Positions 26,501 through 41,500 of a stretch of DNA of 64,000 nucleotides are shown here, piece after piece (the first letter of the stretch is position 1; each line of letters opens with the position of its first letter). Origin of the DNA: Phoronis australis. Lineage: Eukaryota; Animalia; Phoronida. Under the pieces are notes generated by a model that worked only from the letters and a program-made list of their open reading frames with translations, did no database searches and was not told the DNA's origin. The DNA is taken from assembly GCA_002633005.1 (NCBI GenBank), contig NMRA01000143.1:625402-689401 (forward strand), in the 5' to 3' direction. The position numbers and the translations under genes are program-made.

Positions 26501-29500
26501 CGTTTGCTTAGACTTGGCAAACAAGCTTATTGTGTTGGTTCTCACTGCTGTGGTAGTGAGCGGGTCAGAGCTTACAGTCACACAAAGGAATCAACAGGTG
26601 AAAGTTAAGTCTAATGTTTCTGAAAGTCAACGATTTTTCTCCATTCGAAGTTTTTTGGCCATAATATTTCATACAAAACAAATCTTCTTCACAACATTTG
26701 TTGAATGTCGTTTGGATTTTTAAATATCGGTTAGTGCCAAGCGCACTGTTCACAACATAATTAATTGCTGGATTACGTGACGAGCTGGACTACATAAACA
26801 CTAGTTTGTCACTGTGTCAAACTGATAACGACAAGACTGAAACCGGACTAGCCAATCAGTGAAATCGGAATACTCATCCCACAGCGGGGGTGCATAATGA
26901 ACAAGTAACAACGATGCTTTGCTGGGAAATTTGGAGGACATTTTAAAAGTCCTCTAGGCATCTGAGTGTTGCCTGCTCAACAAACGATTTATGAATTGTA
27001 CTTTATTCTCATGCCTCATTTGAGGTCTTGTAAATTGTTCACGACTTGTGGATCTCCTCTGTTTCAGTTGTCCCTAACAAGATCACCAATACCGCCACTA
27101 CGCCTGCTCCTATCAAAGGTGAGATCGAAGTATTCAATATTGATCACGCACATTGTGGTAAAATGTCACCCATGTCGGTAAAAAATAATTACCAAAATTG
27201 CCCTTTTTTCATTTTTAGGGGCTTAATTCTAATGTTGTTTATATGAATGCCCACAATCTTTTCAAATAATTGTTTGGTGTTAGCTTTGGTACACAACTTG
27301 CACAATGCAAAAGAATTATTCCGGACTACATAATATAATGTTTTATGGAGAACAAGAGAACAAACTTGGCTGTCGTATTAGTAGCATTTACATGTGAAAA
27401 TTTTTACGCTTCTTTACGCTACATTTAAATAATAATCAGCTACCATTTTCATTATGATTTTCTCCGCTCTTTTTCTGGTATTTCACAATGCGCCCTCTGT
27501 TAGCAAGTAAGGGGAATTCCTTGCTCTTGTCATACCATAGCTCTGACTGGAACAATTGCCCAACACCAACTGCAAGTAAACCTAGCAGTGCCAGCAATTG
27601 GGGGCACCCCTATGCATCCACAACATCACTGCTGCAAGAATTGGAAAGGGTTGAAGTTTACCATGACGGCGACATCCCGTTGCTCCCAATTTGTTTGATT
27701 CTATAGCCCAACAACAAGTTGGGAAGTTTACCCCCCCCGTAGCCAATATCTTACACGACTGATTAACTCCATTCTGGCATTTATGGTTGGAGGGCCTGCG
27801 CTCTTTTGTTCGATAATTGCTCTAATCTCCGATCAGATGGTATCTAGACTGACAGGGCTGGACTGATAAAAATGAAAGTCAAGTTATAACATATTTTAGC
27901 TTGAACCAATAGCATTTCTGAATTCCTCGTCAAATGCTGAGCATGTTCCGTTTTTGAATCAACAAATTCGCCCAACTACAACAGAAGTTAAGACAATCTA
28001 TTCTGTCTAAACGGACGCACTGGGTTTGACTGTGTTCATACGCGTTCGGTAATAACGTGCAACCACCATACGTTTCCTTTGAAGCCTGGGAGATAATTAG
28101 CCTGATTGTTATCATACGGGACAAAAGACTGAGCTGGGCAGTTAACAAAAGAGCCAGATGTTATCGCACGTTCAGCACCCCTCACGTCTGGAAAAGTTAC
28201 TGAATGACAAAACGCTGTAATGCAACATAACAAATGCTATGGCTCATAAAAACCTTGTTCATATTACTACCCGTCCAGAACAGGCGAACGGTTACATAGT
28301 AATGATGTTAAAAAAAGATCTCCAGGCTATCTTTTTTGGTCCCTCAGAGAATGCCTTGTATTCTGGTGCCGCCCCTCCCCCCAAAGACTGGCTAAAACCT
28401 TGCAATCTCCCTCTGGCCAGATTTCCAGAATAATTAGATGAAAGCACTTCACATTTTGTGCTGCAAGGCAAATGGCGTGAAACAATGTCGTGAAGTGGGC
28501 ATGCGTTATTGGTGAGCCACGTCGGGTATCTGCAGAAGGTCCAAGTGTTTTATGATTGTAGCTGTCAGATTTTGCTCAGCAAAATCCACTATTTTTAGCA
28601 GGTAACAAAATGACGGTTAAACTTGGGATTTTGCGTTGTATGTTAAAATGACGGTTAACATACCGCTCACAAAGTGGATTAAAACATGAATAAACAGACC
28701 TATTTTGCTCTAATTTATTATTAAAGATTTTATCGCAGTTTTCTTTGCATGATGAGAATAGTCTTTTTTCAATATTGACAAAATTAACGATGGAAATAGA
28801 CGACCTCCCGTAGGAGGCAATAGAGTAGTTAGACACCGAGAAAAATACCCTCGTCAATTGAACAGTGTAATTGTNAGCATGTTCGGTTTTTGAATCAACA
28901 AATTCGCCCAACTACAACAGAAGTTAAGACAATCTATTCTGTCTAAACGGACGCACTGGGTTTGACTGTGTTCATACGCGTTCGGTAATAGCGTGCAACC
29001 ACCATACGTTTCCTTTGAAGCCTGGGAGATAATTAGCCTGATTGTTATCATACGGGACAAAAGACTGAGCTGGGCAGTTAACAAAAGAGCCAGATGTTAT
29101 CGCACGTGCAGCACCCCTCACGTCTGGAAAAGTTACTGAATGACAAAACGCTGCAATGCAACATAACAAATGCTATGGCTCATAAAAACCTTGTTCATAT
29201 TACTACCCGTCCAGAACAGGCGAACGGTTACATAGTAATGATGTTAAAAAAGATCTCCAGGCTATCTTTCTTGGTCCCTCAGAGAATGCCTTGTATTCTG
29301 GTGCCGCCCCTCCCCCCAAAGACTGGCTAAAACCTTGCAATCTCCCTCTGGCCAGATTTCCAGAATAATTAGATGAAAGCACTTCACATTTTGTGCTGCA
29401 AGGCAAATGGCGTGAAACAATGTCGTGAAGTGGGCATGCGTTATTGGTGAGCCACGTCGGGTATCTGCAGAAGGTCCAAGTGTTTTATGATTGTAGCTGT

Positions 29501-32500
29501 CAGATTTTGCTCAGCAAAATCCACTATTTTTAGCAGGTAACAAAATGACGGTTAAACTTGGGATTTTGCGTTGTATGTTAAAATGACGGTTAACATACCG
29601 CTCACAAAGTGGATTAAAACATGAATAAACAGACCTATTTTGCTCTAATTTATTATTAAAGATTTTATCGCAGTTTTCTTTGCATGATGAGAATAGTCTT
29701 TTTTCAATATTGACAAAATTAACGATGGAAATAGACGACCTCCCGTAGGAGGCAATAGAGTAGTTAGACACCGAGAAAAATACCCTCGTCAATTGAACAG
29801 TGTAATTGTATTTGAAGGAAATTAATTTTTAAATTAGAGGTCATAATTTTATCCATACTGTATCTACGTGGCTTTAATTTCAGATTGTGACAGACCTGCT
29901 GACTTTGTCTTTGTACTCGACTCATCTGGCAGCGTGGGTAAGGCCAATTTCCAGAAGATGTTGTCATTTGTGAACAAAGTGGTGGATGAACTCAACATTG
30001 CAAAAGATAAAGCGCAGGTATGTTGTCAAGACATTGTGTGGTTGTCATGACAATAATTATTTAATTTCGTGTCCTCTGTTGTTGACATTAAGCTCTGTTA
30101 TAAAGTTTGTCAAAATTGTACCAAACGTCGAGAAGGAAACCAGACAAAAAAGGAAATAATACAGCAATTTGTGTTCTGAATTTTCACCTATTTTGCTTGG
30201 AAGGAATTTGGTCAATTCTTCTTGAAAACTACTAATAACTGTAAGTGTGACACACTGCAACGTGAAGGTACAAGAGTACTAAGAGGTAACTGACATGACC
30301 ACTCACACCCCTGTGATTGCAGCATTTCACTTGGTCTCCAATGCATATCACCGATACAAAGCCCTGTGCTGTCACAGTTTACATAATACTGGAGAGCAGA
30401 GACACCTTGAGTGCTTTGATTGCTGAAGATGTCTCTGTCAACGACTGATTGATCGCATGAATTCTTGCATAACCATCATTGTAGGATTCAAAACATTTCA
30501 TTTATTCAACATCGTAAGGCCATACGGTGTGGCATACGGTCGCACAAGAAGTACATAATTTTTCCTAAAAGAAAATTAAGAAACAAATGTCAGCGAAATA
30601 AACAAATAAATAATCAAGAAAACAAATCAACAAGTATCACACTGAATAATAGCACCAAAACTAATAGACGAAACAACTGGTTTCTAACTCAAAATGAACT
30701 AGAGGTCAAACCAATGTCAAATGACCGCGTGGTCAAGTTCAGTGGAGCGAAACGCCAATGTGCAAGCACACAAAGCCTCGAAAAGGAATGAAAAATAACT
30801 CTAATATACTGAGCAACTATGAAGCAAAGGACAAGCTATAACATCGAATGGAATGACGTTGAAAATAACAACTTACAAGGAGCAAGAAAAAAACACGACT
30901 TTCATAAATTCAGCAAAAACAGGAAGTGACAGGCAGCGTGACAAGCGGCGAACCTGAAAACTATACAAGGCACTGACTTGCCGCGCCATCTATTGATGAC
31001 TCTGAACTCAAAACGCATTTGACATCCTACAATCATCTTGTCTATTTTTACATCTTACATATTGCAGGTGGGTGTGATGCGCTACAGTGACCGAGCATAC
31101 CTGGACTTCCACTTGAACAAGTACGACAACACACCGGCGGTCAAGACTGCGGTCAGTAATGTCCAGTACAAGAGGGGTGGCACTAACACAGCGCAGGCGA
31201 TTAAGTACATGCGAGAGCAGATGTTCAACCCAGGAAATGGTGCACGAAAGGGCGTGCCACATATTGGTAAGGCTTATTGGCTGTCTAGGTCTTGTTTATT
31301 TATTTTATTTTTTATTTATTAATGTTAAATATAAATAATTAAAACAGACAATAATTAATAAAAGTAAGACATCATATAAATATTACACGCATGTACACAG
31401 GGTCACATGCACTCTTGTACACACACTACATAAATACATACATACATACACTTACATACATACATGTATACACTCATACATACATACATGTATACACTCA
31501 TACATACATACATGTATACACTCATACATACATACATGTATACACTCATACATACATACATGTATACACTCATACATACATACTTAATTACAAACATACA
31601 CATGAACACATCAACTATATACACATGAATAAAAATAGTTTGTTATGTCTCTCAGTTTTTTGCGACATAGCTGCACAACTGAAGAAAGGAGGCTGTTACG
31701 ACACCACGAGTGACTTTGTATCACACTTTCAAACAAAGAGCTTAGTAGACTGTGTTTTCAACAAAAAAGTGTGGAATCATGGTAAAATCTCGCCAATATT
31801 TGATAAATAAAATATTAATCAAAATTGCCTTTTTCATTTTTTCATTTTTCAAGGTCGTCCAAAGTTGTCATTAGTATTCCCTATATCTCAAAACATTTCC
31901 TAATTTTTACTGTACTCGTCTGTTGAACTTATACATGGTTAATCAGTTATTTGGTTTTCTTTGTCTTTATGAAAATTGTAAAATATATTATTTCATTTGT
32001 CGCAAGCTGTTGAGATTTTACCGTTTATGGCTACTAGTCTTGTTAGATGCCGTTTAATAATTTAATTGACTTTTCAAATTTTTATGATTTTGGGTTTTTT
32101 AGGAATTGTGATAACAGACGGTGAATCAATAAGCAGTAGTAAAACCATCGCTGAGGCAAACAACGCCAGAAAGCAGGGAATCACCATGTATGCCATTGGT
32201 GTTGGCAAAGGTAAACTATGTCTGCCCTATTTCAACATGGCTGCTGTCTGTATAATTTATTCAGAAGGCAATGGAACAGTTACTGTGTAAACTTAGATTT
32301 AGATTAAGTGTGTGTGTGTGTGTGTGTGCAGAGTTTCTTGGCTTGCCTTAGGACATTACAAGTCGCCATCATGGTTGTTTACCATAGAATGAGAAAATTT
32401 TCTAACTCGAACGTTTTCCAGTTCTAAATTTCCATCTGAATCCAGTTGCAGGAACACTTAACTTTCATAATGGCCTCACACCATCATGATTTGTGTGTAC

Positions 32501-35500
32501 TCAGTGCTGTATAATGAGTGCAGACCATGGCCTGGTTCCAGTAGAACTGATTTCGCTAAGACGAATGTTAAATTTCAGTTAGTTTTAATGTAAAACTTAA
32601 ATTCGTCTCAAGTCCGTTTCAAGAAATAGATCTTAAGCTTGACTTAAGTTTCTGACTTAGGTTTTGCCTTAATTTTAACTAGTAAGTTACCGGATGTGGA
32701 AGTTTCAAAGTTTGGAGGTTTAGGCAAATCTTAGACTTAAGTCAAAAAGTAACTTTTAAAAGTCAGTTTCTTGGAGCGGGCCTCATGTTACAAACTAGCA
32801 CAGATGACAACATGTAAGACTTTGTTCAACCAACACTGAATGCAGAGATACCTGTCAACTTCGTGTAGTAATATTTTGTTGCATTTTTCTCATACAGGTG
32901 TAAAGTCTGCTGAACTGAAGGGCATCGGCAATGACCCTGACAGTGACTATGTCTTCCCTGTTGACAACTTTGACGTTCTCGACACTATCAAGAAACAACT
33001 GGCTCTTAAAGCCTGCGCTCGTAAGTTTCCTTTCAGCTTTACAGTTACTCCATCTAGCAATCAATCACAGAACTATGTGTAGTTCATCAGCTCATCAAGC
33101 CAGTTTAGTCTCAAGCAATGACAAACTGCCACTTTCTAAATCCAGTTATCTTCGTAAGAAACAAGGTCTCACTATTACTGTTACCACGAATGAAATTTAT
33201 CTTTTTTGTGTCAGAATGGAGGTTCATTAGCAGGTTTTACTTAATGAAAAGTTATCCCAATGCTGGCCACCAGGGGAGCACTTGTTTTAAGCTGCCTGTT
33301 ATTTTTTCCATGTTGTAATCATGGAACATTGGATATTTTTAGTGCAGAACATGCTTTAAATTATATGTTGTGGCCTTTATTGCTTTGATTTTTGAATTTG
33401 CAGGAGACCACTAGACTTAGTTATTCTTACAAGAGGACATTTTGAAAGAATCAGTTTGAATAAAACTTTTGGTAGACTTGTAAAATAAATTCCATAATTA
33501 TGTTTATTTGGTGGAAGTTCATTATGCTTTTCTTGTTCTGTCACAACACGTACTTATAATATTAATTGTAATTATATTACAGCTAAACCGACACAACCTC
33601 CTACCACTCGTAAGTAGAAGATTACACATTCTTTATAATTCAATTCAGCCATTCAACACACACTGTTGAAGACACTAAATAATTATGTGTTTGGAAACTT
33701 TGCTTACAAATCTTTAAGCATCAATCAACTGAAGCTAAATTTATGTATTACCCCTGCTGAATTTTTGTTATTTTGCAACCTCGTAAAAACTGGGAGAGAA
33801 AGAAATTAAGAAGAAAATAACATTAACTGTAACATTTGACTCTTATTCAATGCATTTACTTGTCTGCATGCGGAATTTATTTCATTTTGAGGTCCATATA
33901 ACCCATGTACTGAGTGGGCAATTGGAAGATGTTTTGATTTCTCTTATGGAACTTGCAAAATTATCCTTAATGTTGTCTAATTTCAACTGCTCAAGGACCT
34001 TTTCATCGCATAGCCAATCAAAACTACAACCGCGGTATCCTGCATTTTGCTGTCATGCAATTCATGTGGTTCATGAACTGAACGTTAGTATTGAAATGTG
34101 AATGCTGTCTACGCAAGGATTTGCATTCAGTTACAATGATATCATTTGTTTCGATTCTGTAAAAAAACAGCAGTGCATTCACAATCACATTCTCACCACT
34201 GTCTTTGCTGTAATCAGGCATACATGACGTGGAACTCACATTATATGCCATATTAAGGATAAGAGTCACTGCAAAGGAAGATGTATTTATGACTTGTATA
34301 AATTGGGAAACTGAGTAACGCCAAACATGACGTGAAATTTTATCATGGTTAGCATATAGTTCTTCACTTATTAAGCATACAATATGGCCAACAACTTGAA
34401 TAACAGCAAACAGTCTTTAAAAATGTGATTTTGGTAAAATTATTTTGGGTGAGTTATGTGAATACTTTCTGTACTCCGTAACTTTGTGTTAAGAGCATTG
34501 TGGTCATGGTTTGATGGATTTTGTTGTTCCAGTTGATCCCAACAGGTGTCGGGACCGCATTCCCAACTGCGACCATTACAGCAGAGACACTTGCACAAAC
34601 TTTGTGAGCTGGGCGAATAAGAACTGTAAAATGTTCTGCGGCTTGTGTCCCCCAACAATAGCACCACCTGAAGGTAAGATATCAAACTGATTTTGATACT
34701 ACTGTTTGAGAATACAGCATCCGGTCAGGTCACAAGTAAAGACTGAGTAAAGAGGTTGAGCTGTTTTTAAATGTGTTATTAAATAAGGCCATTTCATGGA
34801 ATGTTTTGTCACATACATTATTGGAAAGCTTGCTGGTGAGCAGCTTCTTAGAAGATCATTGATGTTGCAGTGCATCCACGAGTGATCTTTGTTGTTCGTT
34901 AATAGTCGATAGTTTTGGTTAACTTATTTTATATTTTTCATTTTCAATGTTGTGAAAACATGTTCTTGGAAACTGCATAGCAAAGTTTGTGCATCAGACA
35001 AGAAAATTGTATTTTGAACAGTCTGCTACTAATATATTTCTTTTACCTTTTTTAGTTAAAGTTAGTTCTCGAACACTTCAAGACACTTGTGTGGACTAAG
35101 TAACTTATTTTTCATTCTGGTCGCTATTTTACGTAATAGCCAGTATAAATTTCTGATACAGTTGTAATCATGTGACCTCTGTCCATCCCGCAGTGATCAC
35201 CATAACACCACCGGCAGTGTGCGTGGACAAGGTCGACAACTGTGCGAGCTATGGTAGCGACTTCTGTACTGACTACAAAGACTTTGCTGCTGACAAGTGC
35301 CCGCGGTTCTGCGGTTTCTGCTCGGGAGTGAACACTATCACGGGCGGTTACTGTAAGTTGGATCTTGTGATGGAATCACTGAACTGATGCTCTGTATTAA
35401 AAGAATGTTATGTATTCTTTGTAGTGTAGTGCACATTGATCGTTGATACCAATTACATGAATTATAACCTGAATTCGACTTTTGTGTCACATCAGGTCAG

Positions 35501-38500
35501 ACACAACAATTAACAAATCAAATATAAATTTATTTAATATAACTACAGCTGATTTCAATAGTGTAATTCATAATGCACTTACGACTGTCTGTTTGATAAT
35601 ACAGGTTGTGTGGAGGATTTATCTGTCATTAACATAATAACGACTTTTACATGTTGTACACTTTTCACTTATTCTTAGTTCTTATCTACTGTGAACGTCG
35701 AGTCAGCAACAAAAAATATCAGTTGGCATAATACCAGAGGAGTTCCAAGCTCTGCTATGATGCGTGATTTTCTTGACTTTTGTAGTTAATAAGTGCTATT
35801 ACAAGGGTTCACAGTACAACACCGGCGACACCTGGAAGGATGGATGTGACTATGAATGCACGTGCGATGATGCTAGACAGGGTCTCTACACCTGCAACAA
35901 CATGTGAGTAGATTATTTATGGCGTGAGCCATTCTATTGGTGGTTATGTGTTACTCATGAGCAAACTCATGGTCGTAAAGTAGATTCATGCAACTTCATC
36001 TGCCAGATCTATGAAAACAATGAAGTCTAGCTGGCTTGCTCGTTTGGCTCACTGTTAGAGTCACGCACATGCTCAATGCTTTGCTAGTATCGTGCTATGT
36101 ACCTTCTGTAGTACACTGTCACACTTTAAGTGATTTAATGCTCCGCATCTTCTGTAGTACACTGTTACAGACGTATAAGTGATTTAATGCTCCGCACCTT
36201 CTGTAGTACACTGTTACAGATGTATAAGTGATTTAATGCTCCGCACCTTCTGTAGTACACTGTTGCAGTATAAGTGATTTAGTGCTACGCACCTTCTGTA
36301 GTACACTGTTACACTGTAAGGGATTTAGTGCTCTGCACCTTCTGTAGTACACTGTTACACTGTAAGTGATTTAGTGCTCTGCACCTTTTGTAGTACACTG
36401 TTACACTATAAGTGCTCATGCACACCTTCTGCAGTGTACTTTTTGTTAATACACTAAGGTTAGATTCTGTTGATTTGTGACTTCTAGTATTTTGACGGGC
36501 TTGACTTAATAATCATTTGTTGATGTTGCACACTAACTTTGTTGTTTTATGGCAGGTGCCCCGTGTACTACAACTTACCCAAACAGTGCGTTTTGACAAA
36601 GGTACCTGGCGAGTGCTGCAAGAAGCCTGTATGTGACTTTGGCCCATCCGTTGTCACGACAACTGGTCACGGCAAGGGGAAACAGAATGGACTGGGTAAG
36701 AGATCCAGAGCCTGTGGATAAAGCTGCAATATCGTAAATATAATTAAAGTAAATTGGTGCTAAACTGCTTTAGGTCTCGGAGCTCGCAAGTTATTAAATG
36801 TAATGTTGTGTACTGTTAAACTGGCATAAGTCAGACACACAAAAGCTTCATTTTGGCTTAATTCGAACAAAACTTCCGTAGTACGTTTTGTTCTAGTTGA
36901 TGCACTTGGGGGTTTCCGATAAGTCTGATTTTGCCTTCCTCTGATAAAACCTCACAATCTCGTTAGATCCGTTTTCATGCAACTTTTATTGAGATGCTCT
37001 AAATAATGAATTTTCATCAAGTGCTTTTAGGTTTGTGGCGGTTGACCACAGTTATATTGATTGTGTGGTAGGACGGCCATCTGAGCTCCAGTTGTTTGTT
37101 AAATGTCTAACACTCTTTTACGTCAGTCTATAGATTATACACAACAGATTCGCAACTCCGACATTTTCTTGCGAAATATCCTAGAGAAGGCGCCACCCTC
37201 CTAAATTACCAATTCCAGTTTCTGATTAGTGCATTGTGATGGGAAATTCTCGCATCTGTTTTACAGTCTAGTACAAGGACATTGAAACGTTGTTCAAAAT
37301 CTTCCTATAGTAGAACTGTTGGTATCATGAGTACATTAGGCAATGCTACTGGTCATTTAATTGCAAAATTCAAACTTCAGTGTTGTGGAAACTTAGTCCT
37401 TTACATTTTGCCTGTGCAGCTGAACACCCTGGCTCTCTATTGGAAAATGTAATGAAATGCAATGTGTATTTGGGTTGGTAGAGTTTGAAAGATGATGTAA
37501 ACATCAGTTGCTTGTCTGAATATGTCACCTTGTTTTCCATGAAAATGTCACACCGACTGCAGCCTAGCTTGCATTGTGTCAGGGGAGACAATTACATATA
37601 GAGGGGGCACATCCTAATATGCGGTATGCCAGAAGATTTTCTGCAAATCATTCCTTACCCTGGTTAAATCACAATAGTCATATTGCTATGATTACCTTTT
37701 GAGCCTAGAGAGACACCTAGTAAATTTTGGGGATAATTGTATTAAAAATCCTTTCAGCATAAACAATTAATACAGGCCTGCAGTCAAGTTTTTTCTATTG
37801 CGTCCCTTTATTTGTCAAAAAATTGACAGTTTACCTTTAAGTTCATTACATTCATATGTGGTTAAGGTCAAATGGAAATGTACAAGGGGTTATGGGAAGA
37901 GAATCAGTCTGCCAGCCACGACAAAAAGAAGCAATGCTCATGGGGAACTTAGTTCCAGACTTCAATCCCCTGTGGATGCTATGCATCGTGAATATAGTGC
38001 GGTATTAAAGTTGAGGCAATGTTTTCACTGTCAGTTCTTTTGTTATAACGGCTGTTTCAACTGATGTCATTTGTCTTATGTTCCTTGCATGATATTCTCT
38101 GAATGTTGCTTTCAAGCTCCGCCTCCTAATTTTGATAAATATTTACAAAATCTATGAATATCACTGTCCTGCCTACCAGTGTTTGGGGGATGTCAGTTTG
38201 CTCTGTAATAGATGCATGTTTCAGACGTGTGTGTCTACGATGGACAGAAGTATTACCAAGGAATGACTTGGCAAGATGGATGCGACAAAGAGTGTAGATG
38301 TCTGGATGCCAGCAGTGGTTACTACACCTGTCAATCATTGTGAGTAATCCAGAAGCCATTTCTAAGAAATTGCACAGCTGAGGAATTGGCTGGAAGGATG
38401 ATGGGTGATAAGGTGTTCTGATGTATGAATCCCAGACCTAGTTGCTAGCAGTCAGGATAATTGCCAGTAGAATGAATGTTCATGTCACTTACTCCTTTAG

Positions 38501-41500
38501 AATATGAGTATAAGATGCGCCACTGTTAGTTTTCAATAAAACTGAGAAAAATGTGAAGGAGTAGGGTGAGAGGGACTATTTAAAGTCACCGAGTAACAAC
38601 CACTGTTCACATGCACTCCCTGATTTGATTTTCGATTGTTTTCAAAATTTGTGTACTATGTTTCAGGTGCCCCATCTATTCAAATGTTCCATCTGTCTGC
38701 AAGCTTGTATCTCAGCCAGGCAAATGCTGTGACCAGCTTGTTTGTGATTGGCCAAAGCAGGTCGGCACGATTACAGGATCAGGGCAGGTCACGGGACCGA
38801 GTACACAAGGTGTGTGCAAATTTATAGTACTGTCAAGTTCTTACCTTTTCATGCATCCTCATGTACCTAATGTGGATTTATATGTGGGTGCATAGGGCCG
38901 TCTTATGTGTCTAGGTGTCTGTCGTCTTGTGTACGGCATCCAGCGCCTGCTTTTTTATCTCACCCTGCATGAACTCATGAAATTTGGTAGGTGTGTTGCT
39001 ATGAAATGGATGACGGTTACCCTCGGACAGATCCCATTAGTTACAATAATAGTTTAGTATTGATATTCACATTTGGTATCTACGTCTCAGTTTCTGTCAA
39101 ACTCTTGAAGAGTCATAAAATGAGTTTCCATTGAGATGTATCCAACCTTTGCGGTGCCACTACTAAAAATTTCCGAAAGAGCCGTCACCCACCTAAATCC
39201 CCAACAAGGACTCTTTTGGAAACAAGGACCAAAGGAGCCCTCTTGGGAGTTTTTTGAGAGCATTTTACATTTCTGGCATGGGCCGAAGGCATGGGCAATG
39301 AGGCAAATTGTCTTTGTTTTTCAATTTTAGTCCTTACAAGGACTCCTTAACGTTTCAAATCAATCACTTGTCGTTAGTGTGTTGGAGGACTACTCTAAAA
39401 TAGGTAAACTACCACTTAAAGTGAAACATGACTGATTTTTCAAGTCAACCAAAGGTAAAGTCTGTGTGCAAACAAATCACCATCTCCGATGCCACCATCA
39501 CTGAGTTAAATTTTCTAACTTCAATGTGATCTCTTACGCCTTCTTATAGAACTGCCCAATGAGACCGCTGTGGTAAGCAACACAAGTTTCCGAAAGAGGA
39601 CTCTAGGGGTTTTTTGTGGATCCAAAATCATTCTGTAAAATGGTCCATTTTGGAAAATCCCCAGTAACGACAATTTTAGTTTTCATGTTACGTCAATCTC
39701 AGTATCTACCAGGATTGCATTTCTCATTTTGTGAATGACTATAAGCACTGCACTCTGTAGAATAAATTGCAATTTCAATTGCATTGCGCACTCCGAGGGC
39801 ATGTAACATGTTTGTCTTTGCAGTGCACATGTTAAAACAATCCGCTCCTCCTAAATGTCACTTGTAGTAAGTTGTAAATGTAAGGATTCATCAATTATTT
39901 AAAATTCTAAAATTAACACCACCTAGCATCCAGTTATGGAACCAACCTGTTCCCACTCATGTAGTTTCTTTCTGTTCGTAAGATGGCATGCTCATCTTGC
40001 CTTTGTCATTTATATTATTGTGTGCGTTGCCAAATTGCTATGAATAAATCTCGAAATATTTTTTCAACAATTATCTGTCTTACAGGTCCAAATAGTCTCT
40101 TAATATGTATTACCTTAATTTTATGCTTTTTAGGCCCCTGTCTCCTGGCTTCTATAAATAGGTCTATTCCACTGTCCCATGTCATAGCTGTGTGTACATT
40201 ATGTTTGTTCCAGTTACTAAACCAAAGCCTCCGACTGTGTGCTCTGACAAGCTCCCCAACTGTGACGCCTATGGCAAATCTATGTGCTCTAATCCTGACT
40301 TTGTGTCCTGGGCCAGTGACAACTGTGCCAAGTATTGTGACCTTTGTAAATTTGCTGTAGGTGAGTGACAATACCATGATATTACGATTACGTCAGCATC
40401 AGGCTGTTGGTCAGCCATCACTAGCTACTGGTCAGCCATCACTAGCTACTGGTCAGCCATCACTAGCTACTGGTCAGCCATCACTAGCTACTGGTCAGCC
40501 ATCACTAGCTACTGGTCAGCCATCACTAGCTACTGGTCAGCCATCACTGGCTCTGTCCCGTAACGTGTATAATTTCCAGGATAATTCCTTATCGCTGTGA
40601 TTGCTTGGCTAATTTAGTTAAAAACACAACTAACAGCAACGATGTGAATATGAAATAAGTTGAAAATTGCCAAATGTTTTTAAGAATGAGTTTGCGGCAC
40701 GAACGATCTGCTGCACAATACACACTGTGTCCAGTAAGTATTGTGACACTGTCCTTGGGGAATAACACTGCATGATGTGGGCTATGTGAGCCCACTAGGT
40801 ATGTCATTAGTGGACTTTCTTTAGCATAGACAAGCATTTGTCGTTTGATTCCTGCTATACGCCGGAATAGTTTGGAGCACGCAAATACATCTCAGTGGGG
40901 GGGGGGGGNGGGGGCGCTTGACAGCTGCTACAATTCATTACAAGATCTTGTCACCAATGCAATTACTAGGCAACCGAGAAAATGGATACCTGAAATTATA
41001 AAATTATACCAAATGATGGTAGCCTGCTGAGAGGGCAAAATACGCAACAGAAGTGGTGGCACATTCCCACCAGCTTTTATTCTCAAGTCTTCTCCTGGCG
41101 AAGCTGGCTCACGGCCAGGAGAAATACTGAGTGATCCCTGTCTCTTCAATGAATTAACAAGCTACTGATGCCCAAATGTCAAGACACTGTCATAAACATT
41201 CTATCCTTGTAGATCCTTGCTTCTACAAGGGTCGCCAGTACCAGCAAGGTCAGACTTGGGCTGATGGTTGTCGCCAGTGTGTCTGCGAGGACTCCAACAA
41301 TGGCTACTTCAGATGTTACGACAAGTACGTACTAGACAAGTTGATGTACTGAATTGAAATGAGATAACATTATATCAATATGCAAGATGAATTTCTGGTA
41401 CAACTAGACAAAAAGGCCAGGTGTTTCACTTGCATATCATTGCAGAACGTATCCTGTACACAACAGTTGCAGGTCAGATAAGTGTGTTCACTTGTGAAAA

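Noticed and set aside
3265-33020. Naming the gene COL6A/COL12A1, matrilin, FCGBP, VWF or kielin
   Set aside because: No Gly-X-Y, EGF, FN3 or VWD domains seen; similarity is at domain level only, so no symbol is assigned.
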